64,000 nucleotides of DNA from Gammaproteobacteria bacterium (GCA_023266055.1 JAHFRW010000010.1:4139-68138); one strand, 5' to 3'; positions 48,495 to 61,212 are shown, counted from the stretch's first letter. Notes: generated from the sequence alone by a model not told the origin. Made by a program: numbers and translations.

Positions 48495-48992
48495 TTGGGA
48501 ATCACGTTCGACATTCATGCCCTCCCGCCCACATCCGCTGAAATTGTCACGGTGCGTGAGCAGATTCTACGTGACAAAACTGCACTTGAACGTGAGGACT
48601 GGAAAGTTTTCGCATTGATTATGGTGGTGTTTGTATCCAGCATGGTGATTGCACTGGTGGGGGGACGTGCCATTCTGAAAGACCAGACCAGCCCGACACT
48701 GGTCACCGCCATTGTGTATGGCTTTCCCTATGGCATGATCGTTGTCTTTGGTATTTCAATTACCTTTCGCCACAGGAAAATCGAGGTGCCGAAAAAAACC
48801 ATGGTGATGGCCCTTGCCGCGCTGGAAAATATTACGCCCGAAGACCTTGCCACCGTGATCACATGGAAACAACAAGAGACTGCGATTGCGCACTATCACT
48901 CAAACGTCATTGCGCAGGGGCGTGAGCTGGTGCGTGGTGAGCTGGACGCAATGCGGCAACACCTGCCCGTTGCACATACCACCGACGATTAA
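48495..48992 (+). CDS. Two-TM hypothetical membrane protein
   Basis: Two hydrophobic segments; fills the intergenic gap; TTG start uncertain. Confidence 0.6.
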   Translation: MGITFDIHALPPTSAEIVTVREQILRDKTALEREDWKVFALIMVVFVSSMVIALVGGRAILKDQTSPTLVTAIVYGFPYGMIVVFGISITFRHRKIEVPKKTMVMALAALENITPEDLATVITWKQQETAIAHYHSNVIAQGRELVRGELDAMRQHLPVAHTTDD

Positions 48993-48996
48993 CCGA

Positions 48997-51900
48997 TTAC
49001 AGCAACACCCGCTCAACACCACCCAATTGCGTTTTCTCGACAAATTTCTGCTGCCAGCTTTCGCCTAATAATTTATTGGCCAATTCCACCACGATGTAAT
49101 CCGTCTGCATGCCCGTGTCACCCACGTAGCGCGACAACCCCTGCTGGCAGGCCGGGCAAGAGGTGAGCATTTTGACCTCATTGTGCTCCACCGTCTCCGC
49201 ACCCGTGAGTGCTTTGATGCCTTTGTGCAGCTCTTCCTGTTTACGGAAACGCACCTGGGCAGCAATATCAGGACGCGCCGTGGCAAAAGTACCCGCCTCG
49301 CCACAGCAACGATCAGAAAGCTGCACACCTTGTCCCATCAGCGTCGAGGCCACGCTAATGGGATTATGGGTTTTCATGGGGGTATGGCAGGGGTCGTGAT
49401 AAATGTACTTTACACCCGATACACCGCTCAAACTTACGCCTTTTTCCATCAGGTATTCATGGATATCAAGCAAGCGACAACCGGGGAAAATGGCATCGAA
49501 TTCATATTTCAAAAGCTGATCCATGCACGTACCACAGGATACGATAACAGTTTTAATATCCATATATGCCAGAGTATTGGCCATGCGATGAAACAGCACG
49601 CGATTTTCGGTGCTGATCTGGCGCCCCTTGGCTTCATCACCACTCGAAGACTGTGGATAACCGCAACATAGATAACCCGGCGGTAGCACGATTTGTGCGC
49701 CAACCTCATAAAGCATGGCCAGTGTTGCAAGGCCGATCTGGCTGAATAACCGCTCCGAGCCACAACCGGGGAAATAAAATACGGCATCCGAGGTTTCGCT
49801 GACCTTCGCAGGGTCACGCAAGATCGGGATAACATTTTTATCTTCAATGCCAATCAGTGCACGCGTGGTCTTGGTTGGCAGGCCACCCGGCATGGGTTTT
49901 TTCATGAACTGGATGATTTGCGTCTTGATGGCAGGCTTGCCGGTCGTTGCTGCCGGAGGCTGATCCTTCTTGCCGAGCAAACCAAAACGTTTGGCGATAT
50001 GATGCGCGGCACGTTGACCGGCATAACCCCATTTAATCATGGTGCTACGCATGAGCTTTATCGTCGCAGGATCCGTGACATTCAGAAACGCCATTGCCGC
50101 GGTGGTGCTGGGGCTGGCATGACGTTGACCACGGTCTTTCAGAATACGGCGCATACGCACGGTAACGTCACCAAAGTCTATGTTTACCGGGCAGGGGTTC
50201 AGACACTTATGGCACACGGTACAATGGTCGGCAACATCGTTCATTTCATCAAAGTGCCGGATCGAAATACCACGCCGGGTTTGCTCTTCATAAAGAAATG
50301 CTTCAATGATCAGCCCCGTGGCGAGAATCTTGTTACGCGGCGAATAAAACAGATTGGCACGCGGCACGTGGGTATTGCACACTGGTTTACATTTACCGCA
50401 ACGCAAACAATGACGAATGTCATCATTAAGCGCACCGAGTTCACTTTGCTCCAGAATCAGAGCTTCCTGCTGCACCAAACGTAATGATGGTGTGTAGGCA
50501 TTCTGCAGTCCGGAGTCGATCATCAATTTTCCACGATTGAAACGGCCTTCGGGATCAACTTTTTTCTTGTACCCTGCAAACGCCTGCATTGCTGCGGGTT
50601 CCATGTAACGAATCTTGGTGATACCGATACCGTGTTCGCCCGAGATTACGCCGCCCAGCACGGTCGCCAGTGCCATGACGCGATCAACAATGCGGTCTGC
50701 CTCCTGCATCATTTCATAATCGTTGGAATTGACGGGGATGTTGGTGTGAACGTTACCGTCACCTGCATGCATATGAGTGGCAACGAATAACCGACTGGAA
50801 CGAATATGCGCATGAATTTCATCAAACCGCTGATGCAGTTTCTCCAACTCACGTCCGGCAAATATCGCCTTGAGTGATCGCTCGACCTGATTACGGTAAG
50901 AGATACGCAAATCGCGCCGCTGCAGCAACACAAACAGGGTGTCGCCTTCCTGCACTTTGGCTTTCACCGTATCATTGAGCAAGTGCATACAAGACACTAT
51001 TGGACTGTCAAGCTGTTGCAGAATTTCACGCCATTGCTGTTGGATTTTCAACAAATAATCCTGGGCGGCCGCCACTTTATTGGCGAGAATAACCTCGCTT
51101 TCCGTATCGGATGCATAGTCAGCGCTTCGGGTAAGTTTGGCAGGGCCATCACTCCCCAGGTAATCGAGCAATGCCGCCACCAGACGCAATTTGTTGGCCA
51201 TGGATTGTTCGATGTTAATGCGTTCGATGCCTTCGGAATATTCCGCCAGACGTGGCAGTGGAATGACCACGTCTTCGTTGATTTTGAATGCATTGGTGTG
51301 AGCAGCAATGGCCGCAGTGCGGGTGCGATCCGCCCAGAAACGGGCGCGCGCTTCAGGACTCACCGCCACAAAGCCTTCGGCATCGCGCGCATTCGCCAGA
51401 CGTACCACGTGCGAAACTGCGCGCGCCACGGCATCTTCCACATCACCCGCCACGTCGATAATCAATACCATCTTGGGCCGTTCGCGACGGGGTGCCTTGG
51501 TGCTGTAATTTACGGCGCGCACGTAACGCTCGTCCAGATGTTCCATGCCCGCCAGCAATACATTCGGCTGTGTATCAAGGTAGTCCTTGATTTCAACAAT
51601 CGCAGGTACGGCACGGCGCAAATCAGCGCCAAAAAATTCCAGGCATACAGTGCGCATAAAACGCGGCTCGCGGTGCAGAATAAACACGCCAGAGGTAATC
51701 AGTCCATCACAGCCTTCTTTTTGTATGCCGGGCAGTCCACCCAGAAATTTGTTGGTAACATCCTTACCCAATCCAATTTTGCGCAACTCGTGGCCAGGAA
51801 TGCGCAAGGTTTCGGATTTACCCGTGGGGGTTTTGCCATCGACCTGATAATAAGTCACGCGAAATTCGGCAAATTCCACGTCATGAATCTTGCCCAGGTT

Positions 51901-52854
51901 GTGGTTAATCCGTTCCACTTCCAGCCATTGCGCGTCAGGCGTGACCATGCGCCACGACACCAGATTGTCCAGACACGTGCCCCACAGTACTGCTTTTTTT
52001 CCGCCTGCATTCATGGAAATATTGCCACCAATCGTGGAGGCATCCTGCGAGGTCGGATCAACCGCAAATACATGGCCGGACGCGTAGGCACGCTCCGAAA
52101 CGCGTTTGGTAATCACTCCGGCTTCAGCACGCACAGTGGCGACGGAATCGGGAACGCCGGGAAGGGTACGAAATTCCACCTGACCCAAACCTTCAAGTTT
52201 TTCTGTATTGATGACGGCCGTGTCGGGATGCAATGGCACCGCGCCACCTGTATATCCGGTACCGCCACCCCGTGGGATGATCGTCAATCCCAGCTCGATG
52301 CACGCCTGCACCACGTCCGCCATTTCTGCTTCGCTGTCAGGTGCAATAACCACAAACGGGTATTCAACGCGCCAGTCAGTCGCGTCCGTTACATGCGAAA
52401 CGCGCGCCAGGCCACTGAAGTCAATGTTGTCACGCCGTGTTACTTTCGACAGGCGTTTGAGGGTTTTTTTGCGCAAATCATACTGGCTTGAAAACCAGTC
52501 CTGAAATGTTTGCACGGCCTTGTGCATGGCCTGTTCGAGCTCCAGTGCCAGCACATTATCTCCCGAACGTTCCCGAATCTGCTCAAGGCGTTGCATCAGC
52601 GTGTTGATGAGCGATGCGCGGCGCTTGGGGTTTTCCAGCAGGTCATCCTGAATGAACGGATTGCGCGATACAATCCACATATCACCCAACACTTCGAACA
52701 GTAACCGTGCCGAATGCCCGGTTCGGCGCACACCACGCAATTCGTTCAACACCTCCCACATGCGCTCACCCAGAAAGCGATTCACGATCTCGCGGTCAGA
52801 AAACGAGGTGTAGTTATAAGGAATTTCGCGAATACGTGAAGCGCTGCTACTCAT
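48997..52854 (-). CDS. Large FAD/Fe-S oxidoreductase (DUF3683-FAD-binding-4Fe4S-CCG fusion, GlcD/GlcF-like)
   Basis: [45 protein letters not shown]...C, CTVCHKC..PCP, CCG. Confidence 0.9.
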   Translation of the reverse strand: MSSSASRIREIPYNYTSFSDREIVNRFLGERMWEVLNELRGVRRTGHSARLLFEVLGDMWIVSRNPFIQDDLLENPKRRASLINTLMQRLEQIRERSGDNVLALELEQAMHKAVQTFQDWFSSQYDLRKKTLKRLSKVTRRDNIDFSGLARVSHVTDATDWRVEYPFVVIAPDSEAEMADVVQACIELGLTIIPRGGGTGYTGGAVPLHPDTAVINTEKLEGLGQVEFRTLPGVPDSVATVRAEAGVITKRVSERAYASGHVFAVDPTSQDASTIGGNISMNAGGKKAVLWGTCLDNLVSWRMVTPDAQWLEVERINHNLGKIHDVEFAEFRVTYYQVDGKTPTGKSETLRIPGHELRKIGLGKDVTNKFLGGLPGIQKEGCDGLITSGVFILHREPRFMRTVCLEFFGADLRRAVPAIVEIKDYLDTQPNVLLAGMEHLDERYVRAVNYSTKAPRRERPKMVLIIDVAGDVEDAVARAVSHVVRLANARDAEGFVAVSPEARARFWADRTRTAAIAAHTNAFKINEDVVIPLPRLAEYSEGIERINIEQSMANKLRLVAALLDYLGSDGPAKLTRSADYASDTESEVILANKVAAAQDYLLKIQQQWREILQQLDSPIVSCMHLLNDTVKAKVQEGDTLFVLLQRRDLRISYRNQVERSLKAIFAGRELEKLHQRFDEIHAHIRSSRLFVATHMHAGDGNVHTNIPVNSNDYEMMQEADRIVDRVMALATVLGGVISGEHGIGITKIRYMEPAAMQAFAGYKKKVDPEGRFNRGKLMIDSGLQNAYTPSLRLVQQEALILEQSELGALNDDIRHCLRCGKCKPVCNTHVPRANLFYSPRNKILATGLIIEAFLYEEQTRRGISIRHFDEMNDVADHCTVCHKCLNPCPVNIDFGDVTVRMRRILKDRGQRHASPSTTAAMAFLNVTDPATIKLMRSTMIKWGYAGQRAAHHIAKRFGLLGKKDQPPAATTGKPAIKTQIIQFMKKPMPGGLPTKTTRALIGIEDKNVIPILRDPAKVSETSDAVFYFPGCGSERLFSQIGLATLAMLYEVGAQIVLPPGYLCCGYPQSSSGDEAKGRQISTENRVLFHRMANTLAYMDIKTVIVSCGTCMDQLLKYEFDAIFPGCRLLDIHEYLMEKGVSLSGVSGVKYIYHDPCHTPMKTHNPISVASTLMGQGVQLSDRCCGEAGTFATARPDIAAQVRFRKQEELHKGIKALTGAETVEHNEVKMLTSCPACQQGLSRYVGDTGMQTDYIVVELANKLLGESWQQKFVEKTQLGGVERVLL

Positions 52855-53044
52855 AAGGGGTGGCCGGTAAATGTTTAATAGGAATGCTATTTTAGCACGC
52901 TTGGGAACGGATAATTCTTGCGTGGTTTGCAGGGGATTTGAAAGCTCGCCCTGCATGGGGAAAATAACTAACACTTTCAGGCAAAAAGTTGCGAAAATAG
53001 GCGAATTGTCACCTTCCTTATGTTGCTCAACGGCCATCCTGCCA

Positions 53045-54225
53045 TGCACCCACAACACCTTAATCTGCTTCTGGATCTACTCGCCCAACCCACGGCACCG
53101 TTCCGTGAGGAGCACATTATCGCCTGCGCTAGCCATGTACTGGAACAGGCGAATGTGCCGTACTTTAGCGACCCTGTGGGCAACCTGATCATTGGTGCGA
53201 CATCCAGAGCCCACTATCTGCGCCGTATCGGCGAGAAAAGCACCGAACCGCTAAGAGTATTTATTGCTCACATGGATCACCCCGGTTTTCACTGCGTGGA
53301 ATGGCTGTCTTCTGATCGATCACGAGGCCGTCTGAAAGTACTGTGGCACGGTGGTGCGCCAGTAAAACATCTGGCAGGCGCGGCCGTATGGCTGGCAGAC
53401 CGTCATGGCTGGGCCGGGTCGGGTACACTGCGCAAGGTGACGCTGATCGCGTCTAAACGTACCATTCACAGCGCCGAGGTGCTGCTTGATACGCCATTGA
53501 ACACACCCGCCACGAGCTTGTACGGTGGTTTTCAATTTCGCGCGCCCGTGTGGCGACGCGGCAAAAAACTCTACACGAAAGCGGCCGATGATCTCGTCGG
53601 CGTGTTTGCGATCGTCGCCACTGCGCTGGAGATGTTTGGCACCGCCAAGCGCCGCGCCGCGTCCGCGCCGCCGTTTATCGGGTTACTGACGCGTGCCGAA
53701 GAAGTGGGTTTTGTCGGCGCGGTGGGTCACTTCGAACTGGGCTGGCTAAGCACAAAACATCGCCCCATCGTGTGCGTGAGCCTGGAAGCCTCGCGCACCT
53801 TGCCCGGCGCGATTGTCGGCAAAGGGCCGGTGGTACGGCTCGGTGACCGGCGCACCGTGTTTAATCCGGATGCATTGAAAGTGCTCACTGACCTCGCTGA
53901 GCACGTCTTGCCCGGCAAGCATCAGCGTCGCGTCATGGACGGCGGGGCATGTGAGGCCACCGCCGCCACTGCCTATGGCTTTCCTGCCATCGGCATTTCC
54001 GTACCGCTGGGTAATTATCACAATCAGGGCTTCGAAGGTGGGCCGGACTGCGCGCACACCGAAGGCCCGGCGCCTGAATTTGTACATCTGGATGATATTG
54101 CTGGCGAACTGGTGCTATGCCGCGCCCTGATGCAATCGAATCTGCCGTGGGGCGATGCGTGGCACAAACAGCGCCAGGCGTTGCAGAAAAACCTGCGTGG
54201 TTACCGTAAATTACTAAACCCATAA
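53045..54225 (+). CDS. M20/M28/M42-family metallo-hydrolase
   Basis: AHMDHPG, ADDLVG, AEEVG, GACE, YHN; start uncertain (53020 or 53045). Confidence 0.8.
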
Positions 54226-54318
54226 AACAGTACACCACCCGTACTTGATTCAACCCCGCCATACTATGCAGCAATGAATGCCGCTAAAACAAGTCTCCAT
54301 CATCAATCTGATCGTGCT

Positions 54319-55499
54319 CATTCCAATTCTAATTAATAAGTGACCCATTATCCAGGGCCAGGCGACAATAGATTGAACCCTGTCCCGTTGCAATTCAAAA
54401 TTTCTAAGTGCGGCCTCAAGATGCGTTTCAAGTGCATCCAATGAATCAAAAACGATATTGCCAAATGACTTCTCACGCAAATCATCCCAGAGATTTTCCA
54501 CGGGATTGAGTTCGGGCGAATAAGGCGGTACAACAACATGACCACGTTCTCCGGCATAACCAATGGCACACTTCGATGCCATCCCGCACCATCCATTACC
54601 ATAACAATGCGATCATCGTCGATGGCGCGCCGCCACTTCATTCAAGAAAAATTTGCATGCACTCAGTATTTTCTGATGGAAGAATCAAGGTGTCCAGGGA
54701 GCCATCGACGACACTGACTGCCGCATAAGCGTAGGTGTATTCACGCGTTTGCATCGCCTTGCAAACAGGCCGAAGGGGGTAAGGTGCCCAACATCGCCGT
54801 GGATCAGTGAGTCGCCCAAAGCGCGCCTCATCCTGAAACATCAAACGGAGCGGGCCTTGCCCTTTGCCTTGCCAGTGTTTATCAATGTCTCGCAGGACTT
54901 CAGGAAGTTTTTTTCCATTCTTCCTGCTTCTCAACATCCGCTTTGGGATGTTTTTTATCAGGCGCTAATTTTCGCCAGCCGTGCCGGTGCAACAAATTAT
55001 CACGACCCGGCGCAAAGCCAGCGCCGACGCGAATTATAGGTGGTCCCAATGGCCGTGGCGTGCCCTGATTTTTTCTCCAGTGATTGGCGAGTTTCGCTCA
55101 CAATCAATATTCCCGCTTGACCCGCTTTTTCCACAAAAGGAAGTAAAAACGCTTGCTCCTGCGGGTGGGTCAAGTAAGCGCGCCCACGACCACTACCAGT
55201 CTTTTCGCGTGACGATTGCGTCGGCTCTGGCCGACTCTGCTCCTTGATAAAAGAGCGCCTTAACTGGCAAGCCCAACCTGAAGGATACGCCTATCGCTTT
55301 TGCTGTGTTTTCCATTGAAAAACCAAAGTCTAAAGGAAATACAACCGCTTGCGCACGCCGCAGTTCATCAACCGTTTTGCCTCAAACAACTGCTTTCGCG
55401 CCGCATCAATCACTGACAATCCCGTCGCTGTTCTCGCCATCACAATCTCCTCTTGACATAATGACTTTATTATTTAACTATTTCATTGAAATTGGAGTT
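54319..55499 (-). mobile_element. Degenerate IS630-family element
   Basis: Fragmented HTH ORF (MARTATG... from 55440) and DDE pieces FQDEARFG, MDGAGWH, PPYSPELNPVENLW; imperfect TIRs containing TCCAATT. Confidence 0.87.
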
Positions 55500-55590
55500 T
55501 AAGGGTCATCAGCAGGATAGATACCATCCTGCGATCCATCATCAGGTGTCGATCGAAGCGAAAAGCAAATAACATCTGGGAGAGAAACTT

Positions 55591-55992
55591 ATGAAAATCA
55601 CAAGGATGGACATCACAAGAAGTCTCATTCCTGCAGTTTTGGCCACAAGTTGCTTGTTGCTTTCTCAAAGCGCGTCAGCCGGGCTAACTTGGTTCAGTCG
55701 CGCAAATTGCATCAATAACGAAAGTATTTCTTGGGATTGGCCAGGAAATGACCGCTGGCTATGGACTTATAGCTACCACTATAACTACCGCGCAGGCAGG
55801 TGGGAGCAGACACTCGCAACCGGCTGGGAAAACACCTTTCGGTCGGCGGCGGTTCATTGGGGTGAAGGATTCTCTGGGGGATATTATGTCGTAGGTGATC
55901 ACTACACATGGGTCAGCGGATACGGCCTATTGTACCTCGGCAGGACGCAAACCAACAATTGCAACCTCGGATATTTCTTCCCATATTGGTGA
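55591..55992 (+). CDS. Small secreted aromatic-rich protein of unknown function
   Basis: Signal peptide ASA-G, two Cys in the mature part, W/Y/G-rich, GGGAGAG RBS. Confidence 0.78.
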   Translation: MKITRMDITRSLIPAVLATSCLLLSQSASAGLTWFSRANCINNESISWDWPGNDRWLWTYSYHYNYRAGRWEQTLATGWENTFRSAAVHWGEGFSGGYYVVGDHYTWVSGYGLLYLGRTQTNNCNLGYFFPYW

Positions 55993-56008
55993 CCATGGAG
56001 TTTCTGAC

Positions 56009-56731
56009 ATGAAAATGATACTTAAGATTTGCATTGCAGTTGGCGCACTAATCTGCGGCAACGCAATGGCACAAAACAGCGCTACTTTTGAAATTGTTGC
56101 GCCCGGCGCAATGCCTCTAAAGCCACCGAGTGGTGAAGTTGAGAAGTTCGCAGCCACCAATGCGGTGACAGAACAGGCAAGTGGTGCCGTCTACTATAAG
56201 GATCGTCGCAAACACGGCGATTTCCTTCGTGAGCGAAATACGGTACAAGATAGCGCCGACGGTAAAACTGTGGAAAGTCAGCACGATCTTAGTTCGCCTA
56301 TCGCCGTCAAAGACCTTACGAAAGTGAAGTTGGCCTTTAACCCAAAAAAACATAGCGTCCAGCACAAGCTTCTGGCCGCCAGCCCGGCGGGCACGTTGAC
56401 CAACAAAGGTTGGACAGGGCTTGACCGATATGTTGCTATTGAAAATGTTGGTACATACAAGCTAACCGAGATTGATCTCACCAAAACCAGAGGAAAGTTT
56501 TTTCTTTCAAGTGACGCGATCAATGCAAACGTCGAGAACTCTCCGGCAGCAACGAAGACGTTTATCGACGATAACGGCAATATCGTTGAAGAGGTTGTTT
56601 GGGTTTCAGAGGGCAAGTTTCACATGTTGACCTATGCCCCGGAAACTCAGCCATCTAGCACCGGAAATTTGCGCAATAAGAAGTTGATTACCACTTCAGC
56701 CCTTACCCTCGTTCAGGAACTTCGAAACTGA
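56009..56731 (+). CDS. Exported protein of unknown function
   Basis: GGAG RBS, MKMILK...AMA-Q signal peptide. Confidence 0.75.
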   Translation: MKMILKICIAVGALICGNAMAQNSATFEIVAPGAMPLKPPSGEVEKFAATNAVTEQASGAVYYKDRRKHGDFLRERNTVQDSADGKTVESQHDLSSPIAVKDLTKVKLAFNPKKHSVQHKLLAASPAGTLTNKGWTGLDRYVAIENVGTYKLTEIDLTKTRGKFFLSSDAINANVENSPAATKTFIDDNGNIVEEVVWVSEGKFHMLTYAPETQPSSTGNLRNKKLITTSALTLVQELRN

Positions 56732-56734
56732 CGT

Positions 56735-57025
56735 ATGCTTGTTTGGACGAATTTCGCAATTTCTACAATTGTTTGTATATTTTCCATGGCCCCATTCCCT
56801 GGGGCCATTTTTTTTACTCCGATACTCGCGATTCTGTCCATGTACATCGCGTCGAAGAGAGTTCACTGGCTATTGATTCCAGCAAATCTTCTAAATGTCG
56901 CTGCAATATGGCTGGCACCAGGTTCCTTGCGTGATCAACCGTTCTTTCCTTACCTTGCCGCATTTGTGTGTACGTCAGCGTTGATAGCCATAGTTACGCA
57001 ATTTCGCCAACGAATATTCCGATAA
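56735..57025 (+). CDS. Small polytopic membrane protein
   Basis: 96 aa, 3-4 hydrophobic segments, starts 3 nt after the previous stop. Confidence 0.6.
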   Translation: MLVWTNFAISTIVCIFSMAPFPGAIFFTPILAILSMYIASKRVHWLLIPANLLNVAAIWLAPGSLRDQPFFPYLAAFVCTSALIAIVTQFRQRIFR

Positions 57026-57180
57026 AGCACGCGTAGCTCGGTAGCGCTGGGTTGACAAATCCAGAAAATAATGGGGTCACAGGAATAATGGGTAGGGTAG
57101 AGAGCAGCCGCTCGGCTACCCTCCCTCATCAAACCGTGCATGCGCTACTAACGCACACGGCTTTCCGATGTTGTTCACAC

Positions 57181-58713
57181 CTAAGCATGCGCCGATCTCC
57201 AGCCTGCTGTTGTTGGAACTTTGTATAAGCCGTAACGCTGATACAGCTGTTGACTTGGAAAGCGCCCCAGACCGATCCCTCGGTCTTTTACTTTATGCCG
57301 CTTCATTAGGTGAGTTCGCAGGCGTTCTTCTGCATACGTCCTGACCTTGCTTAAAGCACTGCTAGAGTTTTTATAATGGAAGTAGTTTGTCCAGCCACGC
57401 AGGCTTGCATTCATGCTGCCAACTATATCATCCAACGGGATCGGGGTACGATCTCTGGTCGTCAATTGTTTCATGCGCTCTTTGATTTTTGCAAGTGATT
57501 TGGTCGACGGACAAACATGAGCGTATCGCTTGCCTGACTTCCTTCCCTTACTCACTCTGATTTCAAATCCTAAGAAATTAAAGCTGCCCTGCCGTGCATC
57601 GACGATATGGGTTTTGGTCTCATTTAACTTGAGATCAAGCTTATCCATTATGTAGCGCATCCGTGCCAATGGCACATCTACTTTGCCTTTGCATAGCACG
57701 ACGAAATCATCCGTATAACGAACAATTCGTGCTCCCAGTTTCTTATCTGGTTCATGCCTGTCCCAAATCCTGTCCAAAATATGTAGGTAGCAGTTGGCCA
57801 GCAACGGTTAAATGACACCCCCTTGCGGGGTGCCTATGCTGTTGGCTTTGCCACCACCCACGTTTCTCTTGGTGCCGTCCTTGTCCTGCTCTATTACCGG
57901 GGCTTTGAGCCAGAGTTTGATGATGTGGAGGATCGCTCCATCAACAATTCGCTCGGCAACAACGGCCAGTAATTTTGCGTGGGGAATACTGTCGAAGTAT
58001 TTCGACAGGTCGGCATCAATGACTTGGGTGTAACCTTGGTATAACGCGTCGGCTATTTTATCGAGCGCTTGATGGGCTGATTTCTTTGGCCGGAATCCAT
58101 ACGAATTCGGGCTGAAATCGGCTTCAAAAATCGGTTCAATGATGAGCTTGGTCACCATCTGGGCTACGCGGTCACGGATCGTCGGAATGCCTGGTGGACA
58201 CAGGCTGCCATCCGCTTTGGGTATCATGACGCGCCGCACCGGGCTTGGACTGTAGCTTTGATTTTTAACCCAGATTTTCCATTAGCCTCGTAGCGAGGGT
58301 GCGCAAGGTGCTGAAGATGGGCGAGAAAAGTTGAAAAACAGGCGAAGGCGTAGTCACTCTACGGTGACAGACTGTTTTTCAACTTTTCTCGCGCAAATTC
58401 AGTGCTTTGTGCGACCGCAGTAGAGTCTAATGGAAAATCTGGGTTTAAGGTCAGTGACTAGTTCCAACAAAAACGTGTCTATCCCTTCTCCGTTTTCTAT
58501 GTCGTCAAAGTCGATCCCGTTAATGCCGGGACTGCCTTTGTTGGCGCGAACAAGGCGGTAGGCAAACATGAGGATGTCTGCCCGCCATACCTTGTCGTAG
58601 AGCGCGTAAAAGCGATAAGCCGGTTCTTGCTTGGCTTTGATATAGAGCTTCCTCTGTAGTGTCCTGATATTCTCAGAGGTAACTAGCACCATGGCAATCC
58701 CCTTTTCCTTCAC
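57181..58713 (-). pseudogene. ltrA: Group II intron reverse transcriptase/maturase pseudogene (no En domain)
   Basis: RFYALYDKV, IPTIRDR, SYGFRP, DLSKYFDSI, GTPQGGVI*PLLAN (nonsense codon), YTDD; split by the MITE. Confidence 0.92.
58268..58444. mobile_element. 177-bp MITE
   Basis: Perfect 18-bp TIR ACCCAGATTTTCCATTAG, TTA target duplication, internal perfect 21-bp stem; removal restores ...DLKNQSY... Confidence 0.92.
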
Positions 58714-59195
58714 TCTTTGGTTGCATCAACAAAGCAGGGCTGGCCCCTCGCTTCGCTCTCCCCTCAATCGTGGTTGTGTTGTCCGTCGATCTCAAGCAGT
58801 ACTATGAGCCCCTCCGACTCCCGTTACAGTCTGCTGCGTTTTCGTTTCCTTATACGCAGCAGTCGATGGTCTCCCCACCACCGCAACGGGCCGGAAGCCA
58901 AGGGCAATAAATCTTCGAGAACATGCCGACCTTGCTACCCCGGGAGTCGATGCGCGCCACTTCCGTTATTTCAGCGCACATCCAACGGCCTTCCCCTTCT
59001 GACCACAGGGTCGGCTTCTCCAATTTAGTTTACGAGGCTACGTGTAGGTTCACTTGCGTTACGGCCTGCTCTCTTGCTGTGTGAAAACTCACGACCTCGT
59101 GTTACCACAACGCCGCTTTCTCATGCTACCAAGGCGTACGGACAATTCCTTGGACGGGACTTTAACTCGCTAGATTTACTGCTGTTACTGCGAAC

Positions 59196-59819
59196 AGTCA
59201 GGCCTAACATAAGGAGGCCGACAATGAACACCACAAATACAGTCCACCTCAGTGAATCCTTGATAATCGAGATATTGATGTCGGCCGCTGCAACATAGTA
59301 ATTACCCTGTGGTGACTGAAAGCGAACCAGAACACTGCGAAAGGTGCCCCAGCGATCGGTGTAGGTATCGAACAATGGCTTACCTGATTGCATAGCGGTC
59401 CAAAATACCGGCGTACCCTCAGGATAATCTGTCCAGTAATACGACACATTGTTGTATTTGAGATCATCGGCGGCGTAGCTGCTGGATGTGAAGTATACCG
59501 TGCCATGCTGTATGACATAAATGTACAGATAAGCAAAACCTCCCGTCGCGACATGGCGGGACATCTTATCCATATTCATCTGATCTTCTGTACGACGGAT
59601 GCTATCAGCCGATATCGCGCCGTCGTGGAAATCTGTTGGCAATATCTTCGGCAGATTATTTGCCACCGCGACCAGCCGCGCATCGATACCCGACATATAT
59701 TCATGGCGGCTGATCACATAAATTGCTGTAGCACTCAGCACCACACCAAGAAAATAAATAACCACCGCCAACAGCAAGCGCGGGGCGTGTATTCTATTCT
59801 GTTGAATCGACAGGGCCAT
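59196..59819 (-). pseudogene. Truncated membrane sensor (TM-Cache-like periplasmic domain-TM), cut at the intron 5' end
   Basis: TM1, YLYIY, YTDRWGTFRSV, VAAADI, TM2; no cytoplasmic output domain on the far side of the intron. Confidence 0.7.
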
Positions 59820-60307
59820 GCGCCATTCCCCTCGGGTGGGCAACCTCACCCGTGATTCGCAAGATGTCGGGTAGCATCGGAAAGAGTAGAGTTCTCCGCC
59901 GAGCGTGTCAATGGAACTGCGGACCCCATGCTGATTCAAACCGAATTTCTTTCTTTCGTTTGAATCTTGCGGTATAGAAGCGGGCTGGCCTATAGGTTAT
60001 AGTAAACTCTGCTTTCAAATCGCGCACGAGCATACTGAACAAGCATTAGACTATCAAATACCCTGCGCGCTCTGGCATGCGCATCACTCTTGTCAGAGCC
60101 GGAAAGGGTAGTGTGCCACCTATTAAACCTGTGGAATAATGTGATATCACCCAAATTAAATGCTGGATTTAAAGGTGATGGGCCCAAAAACTACCAGGCT
60201 TAGCAGGTGGCAACGTGGTACGTCGGGTTGTGCTCCACACCATGAGATAAGCCCGCAGAGGCGTTGCCCTGAAATCGCGCTTGAATTACCCAACGAGGTG
60301 TATCGGC

Positions 60308-60946
60308 ATGAAATCAGTTTTTGTTCTTGAAGACATCGCCGATGCGTGCGCATGGCTGGTTAATATTGTAGGCGCGGTCTTCCCCGGTGTTACGATAAGC
60401 GAAGCCAGTACAATCGCGCAGGCCAGGAAGATCATATCATTACATTCGTTCGATCTTGCACTTATTGATATCAAAATGCCTGACGGTAATGGCATTGACA
60501 TGATACCCGTGCTGCGTCATGCCAACCCCCATATTTGCTGTGTTATCTCGACAATTTTTGATGACAATGGCAATATTTTGCGTGCGCTACAGGCAAGTGC
60601 CGATGGTTATTTTCTCAAGGATCAGCCGGAAGCGCGTTTACGAGAAAATCTGGAGCGCATCCTGAATGGTGAACCGCCGTTATCACCCCGCGTGGCGTTG
60701 CGCATCCTTGACCATTTTCGTCGGCCACCCGCGCCCCAGAAACAGGAGACCAGACTCTCTGACCGTGAAAAAGAGATATTGACCCTGGTTGCAAAAGGCT
60801 TAAATCGTGCGGAAGTCGCCACGGCATGTAATATAGGCATCCGAACCGTCGCCTCCCATATTGGCACCATCTATCATAAACTCGACATTGCCAGTCGCTC
60901 CGAAGCCACCGTCGAAGCCATCCGAATGGGACTGATTCGGACTTGA
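60308..60946 (+). CDS. NarL/LuxR-family response regulator
   Basis: VLED, DIKMPDGNG, GYFLKD, LSDREKEIL..VAKG, IYHKL. Confidence 0.92.
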   Translation: MKSVFVLEDIADACAWLVNIVGAVFPGVTISEASTIAQARKIISLHSFDLALIDIKMPDGNGIDMIPVLRHANPHICCVISTIFDDNGNILRALQASADGYFLKDQPEARLRENLERILNGEPPLSPRVALRILDHFRRPPAPQKQETRLSDREKEILTLVAKGLNRAEVATACNIGIRTVASHIGTIYHKLDIASRSEATVEAIRMGLIRT

Positions 60947-61212
60947 CGCTTTAAATATCCGCGCCTGGATACATGATCTTCATCGCGACAATTTCTGCAA
61001 CCTCTTTTACACCTGCACCCGCACAGGGGGGAAGCGACACCTCCGCAAACGATAGCTAATACCCAAGCATGATGACACCCTTGTCTAAATAAACATGACA
61101 CACCCCAGGCACAGGAATTTATTCAGAGATTCGCTGACCGGTAAAGCGTCAATCCCCATTTCCAAACTCCCAATAACGGCATTCGATACTGTTTTAGGGT
61201 AAACTCGCATCC

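Larger units (their letters stand above)
57092..59195 (-). mobile_element. Group II intron (inactive RT, carries a MITE)
   Basis: 5' GTTCGCAGTAAC; domain V GAAAGCCGTGTGCG-TTAGTAG-CGCATGCACGGTTT; domain VI ending CTCTACCCTAC. Confidence 0.9.

Noticed and set aside
50983-52491. 502-aa + strand ORF
   Set aside because: Antisense shadow of the FAD/Fe-S oxidoreductase with no recognisable motifs
57181-58713. RT as part of a retron, DGR or defence system linked to the structured cassettes
   Set aside because: It has group II intron domains V/VI and a maturase domain, is a pseudogene, and no TR/VR pair is visible
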